Assembly: GCA_964016885.1 (NCBI GenBank)
Contig: OZ024742.1
Coordinates: 364,312,001 to 364,376,000, forward strand
DNA length: 64,000 bases
Direction: 5' to 3'
DNA from: Eledone cirrhosa
Taxonomy: Eukaryota
Below, in pieces: positions 1 to 14,355 of this stretch; the first letter of the stretch is position 1, and every line of letters starts with the position of its first letter. The notes beneath the pieces were generated by a model. It did no database searches, was not told where the DNA came from, and saw nothing but the letters and a program-made list of their open reading frames with translations. A program made the translations under genes and the position numbers.

Positions 1-1745
<1,745 letters not shown>

Positions 1746-2248
1746 ATGTGTTTTTTTGTTTTTTTGTTTTTTTGTTTTTTTGTGAATGTGTCTGTTGATT
1801 TTTGGCATATAGTTGATTAGTTTAAGAGAAGTTCGAAGATAATAGTAAGATATGCACTCAGTATTTTGAATCTGTCTGCAGAATTCTCTAGACCTTTGTC
1901 ACTTAGTAGAACCTTAATGACTTTAGCTTTTAAAGAATCTCCCTTTTCTTTAATTCTATCGACCATGACTGACCCCCCACTGACTTTATAGACATCTGTT
2001 AGCTTAAGAGAAACTTATTGACAAGGAATGGTATGCCATCCGGAACCTGTTTATAGAATTCTGTCTGCCTTTGTTACTCTAAAAACATAAATAAATATAA
2101 ATAAAAATAAAAATAAACTATAGCCTTGTAGAATTAGCTTTTAATGAATTCCCTTTTCTATCAACCAATGACCTGCACCCATCCCACTCCCCACCCTCTC
2201 CTAGCACTTGTAGAGACCTATAAATACCATATTTATTTTTTGATACCC

Positions 2249-2299
2249 AGATTCCTGATGATTTCTAATGAATGAAACAGTTCTAGTCCTGTAGAATCT
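2249..2299 (+). ncRNA. Type I hammerhead ribozyme (Penelope-type)
   Basis: agattc-CTGATGA-tttc taat gaat-GAAACAG ttctagtc CTGTA^gaatct: 6-bp stem I, 4-bp stem III, GUA site; U.U at the base of stem II. Confidence 0.75.
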
Positions 2300-2311
2300 C
2301 TTCTATATTAA

Positions 2312-2314
<3 letters not shown>

Positions 2315-2361
<47 letters not shown>

Positions 2362-2405
2362 GTGTGTGTATGAGAGAGAGTAAGAGAGAGAGAGAGTGAG
2401 AGAGA

Positions 2406-2496
<91 letters not shown>
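2315..2496. repeat. (TA)n/(TG)n/(GA)n microsatellite
   Basis: Direct reading. Confidence 0.95.
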
Positions 2497-2498
<2 letters not shown>

Positions 2499-2685
2499 AG
2501 TGTTCAATCGGGGGTAATCGCAGTTAATAAGGTACTCAATACATTAGTAGAGTGTAAACATCAACTTTAATATAGAAATGGCTTCTGCAAGACGAAGATT
2601 GTTTCATTCAAGAGTAGTTATCGTCCTGATTATTTCTTTTGAATGAAACAAATCTAGTCCTGTACAATTTCTATATGAAAACCTG
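2497..2685. mobile_element. Decayed fold-back insert, same family as 10056-10300
   Basis: 2497-2560 is the reverse complement of about 10229-10290; degraded hammerhead (ctgatta...gaatgaaacaaatctagtcctgta) at about 2626-2665. Confidence 0.6.
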
Positions 2686-2688
2686 ATA

Positions 2689-2857
<169 letters not shown>

Positions 2858-3358
2858 TGGATTAAATGCTCTGAAATAGCGATATATATGTGAAGATAGA
2901 CATAGAATATTCGAAAATATTCTGTATGTTTATAATAAACATTTTGAAGACCTAATCGCTATAGAATAGAATACGTCACGTATTACAATTAGATTCTCGA
3001 TAAAAGCAAGGGAAGTAACCTACGCGTTTTATTCTTATTAGAAATCTTCAGGATTACATATCCAGTGCTTTTATCGAGAATGACACAGCTAGAGACTTAT
3101 AGAATACTTAGCTGTGTGCAGGAACTGGTTTGAAAGAGCGGTTGCCGGTCCGGCAGAAATTAGTGTCATTCTCGATAAAAGCACTGGATATGTAATCCTG
3201 AAGATTTCTAATAAGAATGAAACGCGTAGGTTACTTCCCTTGCTTTTATCGAGAATCTAATTGTAATACGTGACGTATTGTATTCTATAGCGATTAGGTC
3301 TTCAGAATGTTTATTATAAACATACAGAATATTTTCGAATATTCTATGTCTATCTTCA
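2858..3358. mobile_element. Non-coding fold-back Penelope-derived insert in (TA)n
   Basis: Arms of about 195 bp (2891-3085 and 3164-3358) are near-perfect inverted repeats; TA tracts on both sides; a hammerhead in each arm. Confidence 0.85.
3192..3234 (+). ncRNA. Minimal type I hammerhead with palindromic stem III
   Basis: gtaatc-CTGAAGA-tttctaataagaat-GAAACGCGTA^ggttac; ACGCGT palindrome. The mirror copy at 3015-3057 (-) has GAAA changed to AAAA. Confidence 0.8.
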
Positions 3359-4487
3359 TATATATATATATATATATATATATAGTATTAATTATACTAT
3401 TTATGGTTATGTAAATACAAAAACCTTTTGCAGTTATATATATTTTTATACAAACCCTAAATAGTGGTAGGCAGTAATATATTACTACCTTATTACTAGT
3501 AAGTTAAGTAGCTCAATGTAAAAACATCAGATGATTTACAGAGCAGTTATATGCATTATAAGAATCAAATAATAAGAACACCTTAATCATAAGAACACCA
3601 TAATAATAAGAACACCTTCAGCACAACTTAATAGACTACTCTATAGTTAAAACACTTTAAATTTTAGAAATTTTTTAGAAATTGCGTATAACCATATAAG
3701 TTAGGGTCCATTTTGAGACACATTTTAATTGTTAGTAATAGAAAACACGGAGTTACCTCCCCTCATGCATTAACTCCCCTTAGCCACACACACACTTCCG
3801 GGTAGTATTTCGATGTCGATTCTCGAAACGTAACATACTCCTGTATTGAACTAAAGAACATCAGACTACGATTCTCAAACTGGATTGTCAAACGCCCAAT
3901 ATCGAATCGTCGTGGATTATGTGAGGGGCATATAATCTGAAAAATACGCTCCCCAGACTATGAAAATGTCGAAGTGCATGAAGTCCATATCATCGTTTCG
4001 CTGCGCATTTCCAATATTTGTAATGCTTACACTATTTTTAATACTTATATTATTTCTCCACACACAGACTATAACAATCATATAAAGAATTCGTCACCAG
4101 ATCAACCAACCTAACACTCTTGATTACCTGCTTAAGTGCTTCTACTACACGTAACCCTCTGCCAAACTATATAAACAAGACGCACGTGCTTGCCACACAT
4201 ATAACCTTTGCACTATATAACCGCTTATTTTCATGTATTTTAACCTGTATTTTTGATTGTATCTTTTAATATGAATGTAATCTCTAAGTGTATACTGCCA
4301 CTCTAAATGCTGTAATGAATGTTGACCCACAATATTTGCATATGTATCTGTATGTCTCTTGGGTGAAAAGGAGGTCATATAAGTGTTCATTCAATAATAA
4401 ATTGCTCCGAAGAATCCAAACCTCGGTTTGGAGGAAACAGTTGTAAGCATAAAAATGTTTTGAACAGTTCTTTGATTCTTATAATTC

Positions 4488-4526
<39 letters not shown>

Positions 4527-5117
4527 AGTGTGTCTGTGTGTGTGTGTATGTATGTGTGTGTGTATGTATGTGTGTGTGTGTGTAGGTATGTGTGTGTATA
4601 TATATATATATATATAAATATATATAATCGTAGGTTTCTAAAATGAGAGTTGATAGACTAAGTGTGAGCAGTGGCAGACTGTAGAATTACGATGTTGTTA
4701 CTTTTTAGTTCTGTAAGACATCTACAAGCTTTTGTTAAAATGTCGGCTGACTTCCATCTTGCAGCAATAAGCGTTCAAATAGAACCGTGTGTAGCAATGT
4801 CTCAAATACCGTTAAGATGTGATTCATTTTATTCATATAGATATTGTCCTAGTGACGCATATGGATATCGAAGAAATTCCTTTTATCTCCCTCATATTTC
4901 TTATATAAGAATCTATACATCCATACTGGCTTTTTTGTGATATATTTAATACTCTTTCCGTCTGTTGATTTATAATATATGTGACATAGAGAGCTACATT
5001 TATATAACATAGAGAGATACATTTATATACATAACATAGAGAGCTACATTAATATAACATAGAGAGCCATTTATATATATAACATAGGGTGGTATATATA
5101 TATATATATATATATAT

Positions 5118-5364
5118 AGGAACAAGTATGACCCCGACGGCAGAGCTCAAGCCGTTTAGACTCAAAACTTAGGGTAGTAGAGTGGGTAATAGGAAAAGGT
5201 GTGACCCCGACAGCAGAGATCAAGTCCAGAAATAACCATCGAAACGGCCTGAGCTCTGCCGTCGGGGTCATATTTTATTTGTCCCTATTACCCACTCTAC
5301 TACCGTAAGTATTGAGTACTTTGGTGCGTTATGGTCTATCTGGTTCCTTACCACAATTCCTTCG

Positions 5365-5366
<2 letters not shown>
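5118..5366. mobile_element. Short tandem-plus-inverted insert in (TA)n
   Basis: tatgaccccgacggcagagctca..gccgttt (5127-5157) is inverted at 5242-5272 and repeated directly near 5202; tagtagagtgggtaatagg is inverted as cctattacccactctacta. Confidence 0.65.
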
Positions 5367-5424
<58 letters not shown>

Positions 5425-5455
5425 CATAGAGAGCTACATTTATATAACATAGAGA

Positions 5456-5488
<33 letters not shown>

Positions 5489-5497
5489 CATAGTGGG

Positions 5498-5528
<31 letters not shown>

Positions 5529-5532
<4 letters not shown>

Positions 5533-5998
5533 CAAAAGGAAAAGAAAATGCTGACAAATTTTTCCCAGTGAAAAATAGTTTAATTAGGAATAAGTAAAAA
5601 TTACTCATAAGTATTGGTTAGTATTCAGTTTTAGTTTTAAGTATTTACCGGTTGCGCATTTCTAATGCTTTTCAAAAATAATTTTGAGATAGAGCGCCCG
5701 TGATTTTTGCTCTAATCTGATCAGTTTTGGAAATTCTACCTGTTTTATGTGAAAAAAGTGGCTCCAGAGGTATTAAGATTTGGTTGGTTGTTGAATGTCA
5801 CGTGAATGAGTACGATAAGTTTCGCGCCAACTCGTGTTGCAAAAATTCTTGTAGTCAAAACAATTTTGATTGGTCTGTAGAGGTCACGTGAATGTTAAAA
5901 ATTGATTTTGCGCCAAATGTAGGTTTGTCGAAGAGTGTCCTTTTTCGCCTGATTGAGAAGTCACTGAAAAATAAGTCTTTTAAGACAAATAAGTGTTT

Positions 5999-6035
<37 letters not shown>

Positions 6036-6131
6036 TAAAGAGGTTCATTGTTGTGATAATGGTCAGTAGGGATGTGTGCGTGAATTGCAGTCATGTTGAA
6101 AGGTCAACAGTTCAGGTGTCTATTAAGACAA

Positions 6132-6165
<34 letters not shown>

Positions 6166-9100
6166 CAGAGTGATTCGTGGTAGAGGGATTCGGTCAGTAG
6201 GAATGTGTCTGTACGTGTGTGGGGGATATTAGAAATGCGTAACCGGTAAAAACTTAAAACTAAAACTGAATACTAACCAATACTTATTACTAATTTTTAC
6301 TTATTCCTAATTAAACTATTTTTCACTGGGAAAAGTTTATCAGCATTTTCTTTTCCTTTTACTAATATATCACAACACGTGTGTTACACCTCTATTCTTT
6401 TAAATATCATATCCCCACACGAGATAAAGAAAATGCCAACAAAAACAGATACAACTCTTATCAACACAAATGAAGAGATTCTACAGGAACTCAAGAAAAT
6501 CAACACAAACCTATCTGTGCTGGTCGACAAACTTGACTCCACAAATGAGGAAACCGTCACCGGATACAAACCCTCCAAAATCGGCGATAAACTTCAAAAC
6601 CTTTGCGATACTATCCAAACTATGTTCACTACTACTAAGGAAAAACCAACGAAGAACCATGTGAGATTGATTCCTACAAAATGAAAATTCGAACAATCCC
6701 AAAATGGAACAAATCCCTCAGAGACAGGAAGTTCTCCTTCTGGAAGATGATACAAAATCACAACAAAGCTGAGATATATGAAAAATGGCTTAACTCAACC
6801 CCTCTAACTCTCCCCTGTAAAATACAAATAAAGTCAATTCCAAATGAACCCGAACCTCAAAGACACCTTAGGGAAAGAATAGCATTGGAAAACATGAAGA
6901 CAGAAATTGAACTTCTTAAATTGAGGGCCCAGACAAATGAGGAAAAAATCAAAACCATCGATGAAGAGATCTCCTGGAATAAGACTGAAGGCCCCAAGGT
7001 AGAGAAGATCTCTAAATTATGGAAAGGGGACTGCAAAAGAGAAGAACTGAAATCCCTTCAACGCTGGGAAAAAAGTGCCGCTTGGTTCCTAAACTATGAA
7101 TCGAATTTTCAAACGGATTACACCTTCAATAACCTTCATAAAAATAGAAAAACCTATAACCGAACCGCACAACAACTTCGAAAACCCCCCAGCTACTAAC
7201 AAAAGAACAAGGAAGCACCACACCGAAGATGAACTTCCCAACCTCACTTCTATAAGAAGGAAAAAAAACCTAGAAATCATCACCCCCAGAATGACATTTA
7301 CAACTTTCCCTCTTCAATAACTAATCCTACAGGCAGAAATCTGGGACCGCTATGGGAACGAAAACAGCCCCCACGTATGCCAACCTAGTCATGGGATACC
7401 TGGAAATCACCCTCTACACTAAAGTACTAAACAAATCTGGAAACACTCTCCACTTACACATAGAAAGGAACTGGAAGCGATATCTAGATTACTTCTTCAT
7501 CTTTTGGCACGAAAACATCGAGAAACTTAAAGAATTTCACACCCTTATAAATGGGCTCAACACGAATATTAAATTTACGATGGAATACAGCCATCAACAA
7601 CTCCCCTTACTCGACATCCTCATTAAGATTCATAACAAAAAATAGAAACAGACATATACTACAAGCCCACAGACTCCAAGCAATATCTCCCCTTCAACTC
7701 TTGCCACCCTAGACACGTTAAAATTAATATTCTCTACAACTTAGCCAAGAGAATCTGTACTATAGTCTCCAATAAAAACACCTGCTACTTACGGCTACAA
7801 GAACTAAAGGACACACTCATAGGCAGGGACTACCCTGCATCACTAATTGACAATGGAATCCAACGTGCCCTAAAACTCAGTACCCAGGACCTTAGACACC
7901 CTAAAGTAAATCAACCGAAACTAAAAGCTCTTCCATACATCTCCACACATATCCCCCTCAAAAATGAGGCCTTTCACACCATCCTCCAGAACATCCCTGT
8001 GTTGAAAAAGGACCATAGAATGAACAAAATCCTACAAACACACGATATCATAAAGAGCAAAAGACAATCTAAGTCAATGAAAAACATCCTAACACATGCC
8101 AACCACAACAACGAAACCCACAGTAAAAAAATGCGATAGACCCAACTGTGGCATATGCATCAAACTATAGAGGGTTCGGAATTCTATTTCAAAGAAGGAC
8201 AACGTTTTATAGTGAAACACAATTTCAACATGCACATCGGAAAATCTAATACATGTATTAACTTGCTCAGGTTGTCGAGAACAATACATAGGCCAGACCA
8301 AAAAAAGCCTCCGCAAACGCATGACTGTCCATAGATCCCAAATTAAAATACGGGAATACAGGAAAATACCACTGAGTGAACACATTGATACCTGTGCCGC
8401 CCAAAATCATCCCAACTTTAGAATCTTCCCCTCTACAAATTTAAAGATAATGCCACCCACACCCATCGCATCAGCAAGGAATCTCACTTTATTAACAAAT
8501 ACGGACCCCGTCTAAACACTTCTCCCTAAGACGAACCCACAACATACACACGCCAACATACATACCTACATCAGCATACATCCTACATACATCTCTATCA
8601 ACATATAAACACAATGACATACGTAAACACACATGTTCTATTGTACAACACAAACATACACAAATATGCATACCTTTTGATGTCTATAGATATAAACGTG
8701 CCGACACACACACATACATATACGCACACATGTATTGCACACTGATGGGCACATACATATTTGTACACAAGTATTCCCATACGGCAGGGCCTAATTGATT
8801 CCCTTTGCAGTACGTACAATCTGAACACTCACACACGCCTTGGTGTTATGACAATACTATATATCATTTCACCCCTTTTATTATTAATGTGTTTGATGTT
8901 CTTTTGAGAGAATCGTTTTTGCAAATTACTGAAAATATTGAATAATGTACACTATTTTTACCAGTATCACAAAAATACTGGTCCACCCACCCACCCCCAC
9001 ACACACACACACACATACACACATATACACACACAGACATATACACACACACATACACACGCGTACACTTACATACAAACAGACATACACACACACACAC

Positions 9101-9224
9101 ACACACTTCTCCGTATAAGACAAGAGCTGAAAAATATCTTTCAACATGTTAAAATATCCCCCACACACGTACAGACACACACACACACACTACTGACCGA
9201 ATCCCTCTACCACGAATCACTCTG

Positions 9225-9267
<43 letters not shown>

Positions 9268-9383
9268 CACATATATTTGTCTTAATAGACACCTGAACTG
9301 TTGACCTTTCAACATGACTGCAATTCACACACACATCCCTACTGACCATTGTCACAACAATGAACCTCTTTACTACACACATA

Positions 9384-9436
<53 letters not shown>

Positions 9437-9920
9437 TTGTCTTAAAAGACTTAAATTTCTGTGACTTCTCAATCAGGCGAAAAAGGACACTCCTCGACAA
9501 ACCTACTTTTGGCGCAAAATTAATTTTTAACATTCACGTGACCTCTACCGACCAACCAAAATTGTTTTGACTACAAGAATTTTTGCAACACGAGTTGGCA
9601 CGAAACTTATAGTACTCATTCACGTGATATTCAACAACCAACCAAATATTAATACCTCTGGAGCCACATTTTTCACATAAAACAGGTAGAATTTCCAAAA
9701 CTGATCAGATTAGAGCAAACATCACGGGCGCTCTATCTCAAAATTATGTTTGAAAACCATTAGAAATGCGCAACCGGTAAAAACTTAAAACTAAAATTGA
9801 ATACTAACCAATACTTATTACTAATTTTTACTTATTCCAAATTAAACTATTTTTCACTGGGAACAATTTGTCAGCATTTTCTTTTCCTTTTACCAATATA
9901 TCACAACTCGTGTGTTCTTT

Positions 9921-9925
<5 letters not shown>
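5529..9925 (+). mobile_element. Penelope-like retroelement, Neptune-like, with pLTRs and an inverted 5' segment
   Basis: 5529-6229 is an inverted copy of about 9150-9895; 6230-6405 is a direct copy of about 9760-9925; RT and GIY-YIG remnants lie between; TA flanks. Confidence 0.92.
6433..8515 (+). pseudogene. Disrupted PLE ORF: N-terminal region, partly deleted RT, thumb, Cys linker, GIY-YIG endonuclease
   Basis: MGTKTAPTYANLVMGYLE, WKRYLDYFFIFW (YLDD decayed), TDIYYKPTDSKQYL, KKCDRPNCGIC, TCSGCREQYIGQTKKSLRKRMTVH; several frameshifts; early RT motifs absent near 7300. Confidence 0.88.
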
Positions 9926-9960
<35 letters not shown>

Positions 9961-10013
9961 AGAGAGCTACATTTATATAACACAGAGAGGTATATATGTA
10001 TAACATAGAGTGC

Positions 10014-10055
<42 letters not shown>

Positions 10056-10056
<1 letters not shown>

Positions 10057-10298
10057 TTTAATATAGATGAGATTCTTCAGGAAGGACTAGAACTGTTTCA
10101 TTCTTTAGAAATCATCAGGAATCTGACTGTCCAAAATAAATGTTGTGGCTATTTGGACAGCCAGGTTCCTGATGATTTGTAAAGAATGAAACAGTTCTAG
10201 TCCTGTAGAATCTCATCTATATTAAAATTGTTATACTCTGCTATGTATTGACTACCTTACTTACTGTGGTTACCTCCGATTGAACCCGGAATATCTTA

Positions 10299-10300
<2 letters not shown>
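10056..10300. mobile_element. Fold-back Penelope-derived insert in (TA)n
   Basis: About 10056-10135 is the reverse complement of about 10151-10228; the right arm runs on to 10300; hammerhead in both arms. Confidence 0.85.
10163..10213 (+). ncRNA. Type I hammerhead ribozyme
   Basis: aggttc-CTGATGA-tttgtaaagaat-GAAACAG ttctagtc CTGTA^gaatct. The mirror copy at 10070-10124 (-) has a small insertion at the cleavage site. Confidence 0.7.
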
Positions 10301-10351
<51 letters not shown>

Positions 10352-11508
10352 CATAGAGAGTTATATTTTTTACTGTGTTTGTATTGTTGTTGAAACTATT
10401 TCAGATCTGTCGTCGAGATTCACACATGACTCCAAGCCTGCTGGGTAAATTAATACAAAATTGTCCGATCGTTACCTTAACATATCTACTCAGAACGCAG
10501 TTGTCGCGAAGATTCATTGTGATATATTGTTTGAAAAACTGACCCTTTGAAAAACAGTGACGTCATATTTTTGCTAATTTATTGGACTGAAGAAAGTTGA
10601 AGTGATGTCTTGCTCAAGGACACAATGTGCTACTGGCAATAGAACTCATAACCTTACAAACGTGAGACGTGAAATCTTCTTAAACACGCGCTTTAACACT
10701 GTAATATATAACGAAAGATTATATATAGACAATTAGTTTTTGAGAAGAAAAAATTAGTATATATTTCGTGACAAATATAAAAGCAGCGTTGATTGAAATA
10801 ATCAAATGTCAGACTTATCTTTATATATACGTATTTATTGGTTTTGCTGAATGTGTGTTCATTTAATTTCATCATTCTGGTGTAGCAATATATTTATAGT
10901 CGCTTTGTTAAATGTCCAAGTCGAGACTTTTAATAATCCTTGTCAATTTAATTTCTAGATGTTTTAACGGTCAGTTTTCTCACATTTATCTGTGACATTC
11001 ACTGAGAGATGTGATGATAAATGATGATAAATGATGATAAATTATACAGCAAACACACATGGGAAGTGTTATTACCTTATTGATATTACTTACACGTTCA
11101 ATTGCATTTCAAGCAAATGGACACTTCTGCTCGGGTAACAAATGGAGGAGCATAATTTTGATTAATTTACACGAAATTTCTTTACTAAGCCCTTGGTTAG
11201 TAAATATTGGCATGTCAAAACAAAAGAAAAAAGAACCCAATTCGATTAAGTGAGAAATTGAATACCAGAAAAGTGTCCGTTTATAAGCAAAGTACAGCAA
11301 GACTACAATAAAGTTTAGCATACAATGATAGTTGAAGAAGCTATTAATCACTTTGTTGCGTTACTATTGGTGACAAGCATTGGAGAACATTGATGTTAAA
11401 CATTAAATTTAGCTAAGTAAAACACACACGAACAAGCGATGATAATGATTAGGCCTGGTTTTGTATAATACCCTTACTGATGTACAGAGAACAATCACTG
11501 AATCAACA

Positions 11509-11642
<134 letters not shown>

Positions 11643-12285
11643 AAAACGTTGATAAACTTTCATTCAGAATGTAAATGAGATAATGGTTTTCAAATGGTTT
11701 TGTAAACCTTTGGTTTTACTACTTAACACTTGCAATGAAACATCTCGTGAAGGGAATTCAGTGTAAATAGCTAACAAATACACACCTCACACACAATCAC
11801 ATACACTCATGTTCACAAACACACACACACATGTATATATATATGTATATAAGTATCGCCCTCTCTCTGTCTATATTATGTGAACAAGTAGTAACAGCCA
11901 CACATACATATCAGTGTGCAATGTTCTCATGGTATTTAGCATGCCAAACACAGCTAATACGAGACTGTTTTACCTCAGATTACTCTATAGCTTTCAATGA
12001 CAATATCACTAGACTCTAAAGAAATCTATTCACAATTTCTTCCATTATGTAAAGACATAGCATTTACTCATTGAATCGATAGACCATAAAATTGGACGAA
12101 CTTTGGAGTATTGTCAGCATGTATGTGATGGTGGTGCTGCCCACGGAGACATCTATCACCAAATCCTGAAGACATGTGATCAAATATTATGGTTTAACAA
12201 TGATTAACTCACCAACTCACAGCAACACCCGACTCACAGATAAGTAGTTTTGTTCAATTGATTTTTCTATCGTTTTTACATTGGC

Positions 12286-12763
12286 CATACATACATTCAT
12301 ATACATAGTATACATTCATACACCGTAAACATATATGCATACCTATGTACATACATACATGCATACATACATGCATACATATATACATACATATATGCAT
12401 ATATACATACGTACATACATACTTGCATACATACATGCACACATGTATACATACATACATGCATATATACATACGTATATACATACATTCATACATACAT
12501 GCCCACATATACACACATTCATGCATATAGACATACGTACATACATAAATACATAGATGCACACATATATACATACATGCATATCCGTCTGCATACATAC
12601 AGACGTGCATATGGTCATACATACATACCGATCTCCATACATACATAAATATATCCATGTATAAATATATAGATACATACATACTTACATACTTAAATAT
12701 ATGAATACATACATGCATACATACCTAGATACATACATACATTTGTACATACATACATACATA
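12286..12763. repeat. Degenerate (ACAT)n microsatellite
   Basis: Direct reading; start of the LINE cluster. Confidence 0.95.
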
Positions 12764-13373
12764 CATGGTGGCTGCCAACTCGTTTTCGAGTACGGCCACT
12801 ACTTTATGTCCATGTAGGAGAACCCCTACCGATGCGCTGAACGAGTGTGACTTTTTAGTCCAGCCAGCGACTTGAAAACTCTGGTACAAACACTACACTT
12901 GTGACAATTATTGACACATAGTGCTGGGCCCATGGTACCATGTGACGACAGTGCAGAGAGATCTCCAGATATAAAGCAATGCCTGTGCCGTGAAGCTCTT
13001 AATGTGAGCAAAGGCACTGCACAAAGCCAGTCCCACTCTCTTAACCAAGATGATATTTACCAAAAAGAAGAACAAGTCAACATCATTGGATACCATCAGG
13101 GTTGTAGGTGTTATATCAGAGTTTTCCATTTCCTAGAATTCTGCTTTGACAAAGGCTAATGGGTCATCTCTCCCGGTATATTTTGGATGGCCATTGACGC
13201 TTAAGATACCTTTGCCCTTTGACAGGTTTTGTTTTTAGTCCTGCAGGATGTCCAATGTCACCCTCCTCACCAAGAAACCTTGGTGGGGTTGCCAGTTTAG
13301 TCGCCAACGACCCGACCATGAGACAGGTTGTTCTGGCATACATGTTACCAGTAGCACCAACTGGTGACCTGAC
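12764..13373 (-). mobile_element. Bipartite non-autonomous RTE derivative (about 610 bp), copy 1
   Basis: RTE-like 5'UTR fused to a last zinc finger (CSVCTRVFKSLAGLKSHTRSAH) and a 3' end ggccgtactcgaaaacgagttggcagccaccat(gtat)n resembling the end of the intact RTE. Confidence 0.85.
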
Positions 13374-13390
13374 ATACATATATACATACA

Positions 13391-13654
13391 TACACCTTTA
13401 GCTTCATACCCATCATTATTGGAGCTACAGGTTATATACCATCCCGGTTGTACCAAAGTATGACTGAACTTCGATTTGCGAACAAAGAGCGCAGCTCCCT
13501 AATTCATGGTCTACAAATGGCTGCGATAGCTGGCACCTTCAAAATTTGCAAAACATTCTTGCGATTCGAGAGATGACAATTTCTTTTCTTTTACAACCTT
13601 GCAACCAGGAAGGTAGTCGGTAAAAAAAAATACTCGAAATTAAGAGAAAGAGAT
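13391..13654 (+). mobile_element. 5'-truncated R4/Dong family A fragment
   Basis: Matches about 29530-29793 (ORF end and 3'UTR). Confidence 0.9.
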
Positions 13655-13881
13655 AACATACATTCATACATACATATGCTGCTTTTCTTGATAAACCTTA
13701 TCGGTTTCCCTCTCCAACGTTCCAACCTTTTCCCTGTCATAACAATACTCTTTCCTGATGAAACATTAAGATCGGATACGTTAAGGCTGTCTTTTACGTT
13801 TCCCCAAAAGCCTGAAACTAATACGGTTGTGTGTCGTTGTTATCTATGTTTGATTTTTTAATCTTCAAACATACATACATA

Positions 13882-14068
13882 CATGGTGGCTGCCAACTCG
13901 TTTTCGAGTACGGCCACTACTTTATATCTATGTAGGAGAACTCCTACCGATGCGCTGAACGAGTGTGACTTTTTAGTCCAGCCAGCGACTTGAAAACTCT
14001 GGTACAAACACTACACTTGTGACAATTATTGACACACAGTGCTGGGTCCATGGTACCATGCGACGACA
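13882..14068 (-). mobile_element. 5'-truncated bipartite RTE derivative
   Basis: Matches 12764-12950. Confidence 0.85.
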
Positions 14069-14124
14069 CGTTTTATATATGTATGCATGATACATAGATA
14101 CATACATATATTCATACATACATA

Positions 14125-14166
14125 CATGATGGCTGCCCCCTCGTTATCGAGTATGGCCATTGCACA

Positions 14167-14238
<72 letters not shown>

Positions 14239-14317
14239 GCAATAATAATAATAACGACAACAACAATAATAATATACATATTCATATATATATACACACA
14301 CACGCACGCACATAAGC

Positions 14318-14355
<38 letters not shown>

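Larger units (their letters stand above)
4982..10362 (+). repeat. About 21-bp minisatellite (tataacatagagagctacatt) split by insertions
   Basis: Units at 4982-5090, 5423-5495, 9955-10012 and 10350-10362, separated by TA-flanked inserts. Confidence 0.75.

Noticed and set aside
11059-11135. Signal-peptide-like MGSVITLLILLTRSIAFQANG followed by a possible donor site
   Set aside because: Isolated, no recognisable homology or downstream exon.
13751-13786. ctgatga..gatacgtt motif in a short insert
   Set aside because: GAAA is mutated and stem II does not pair; at most a dead relic.
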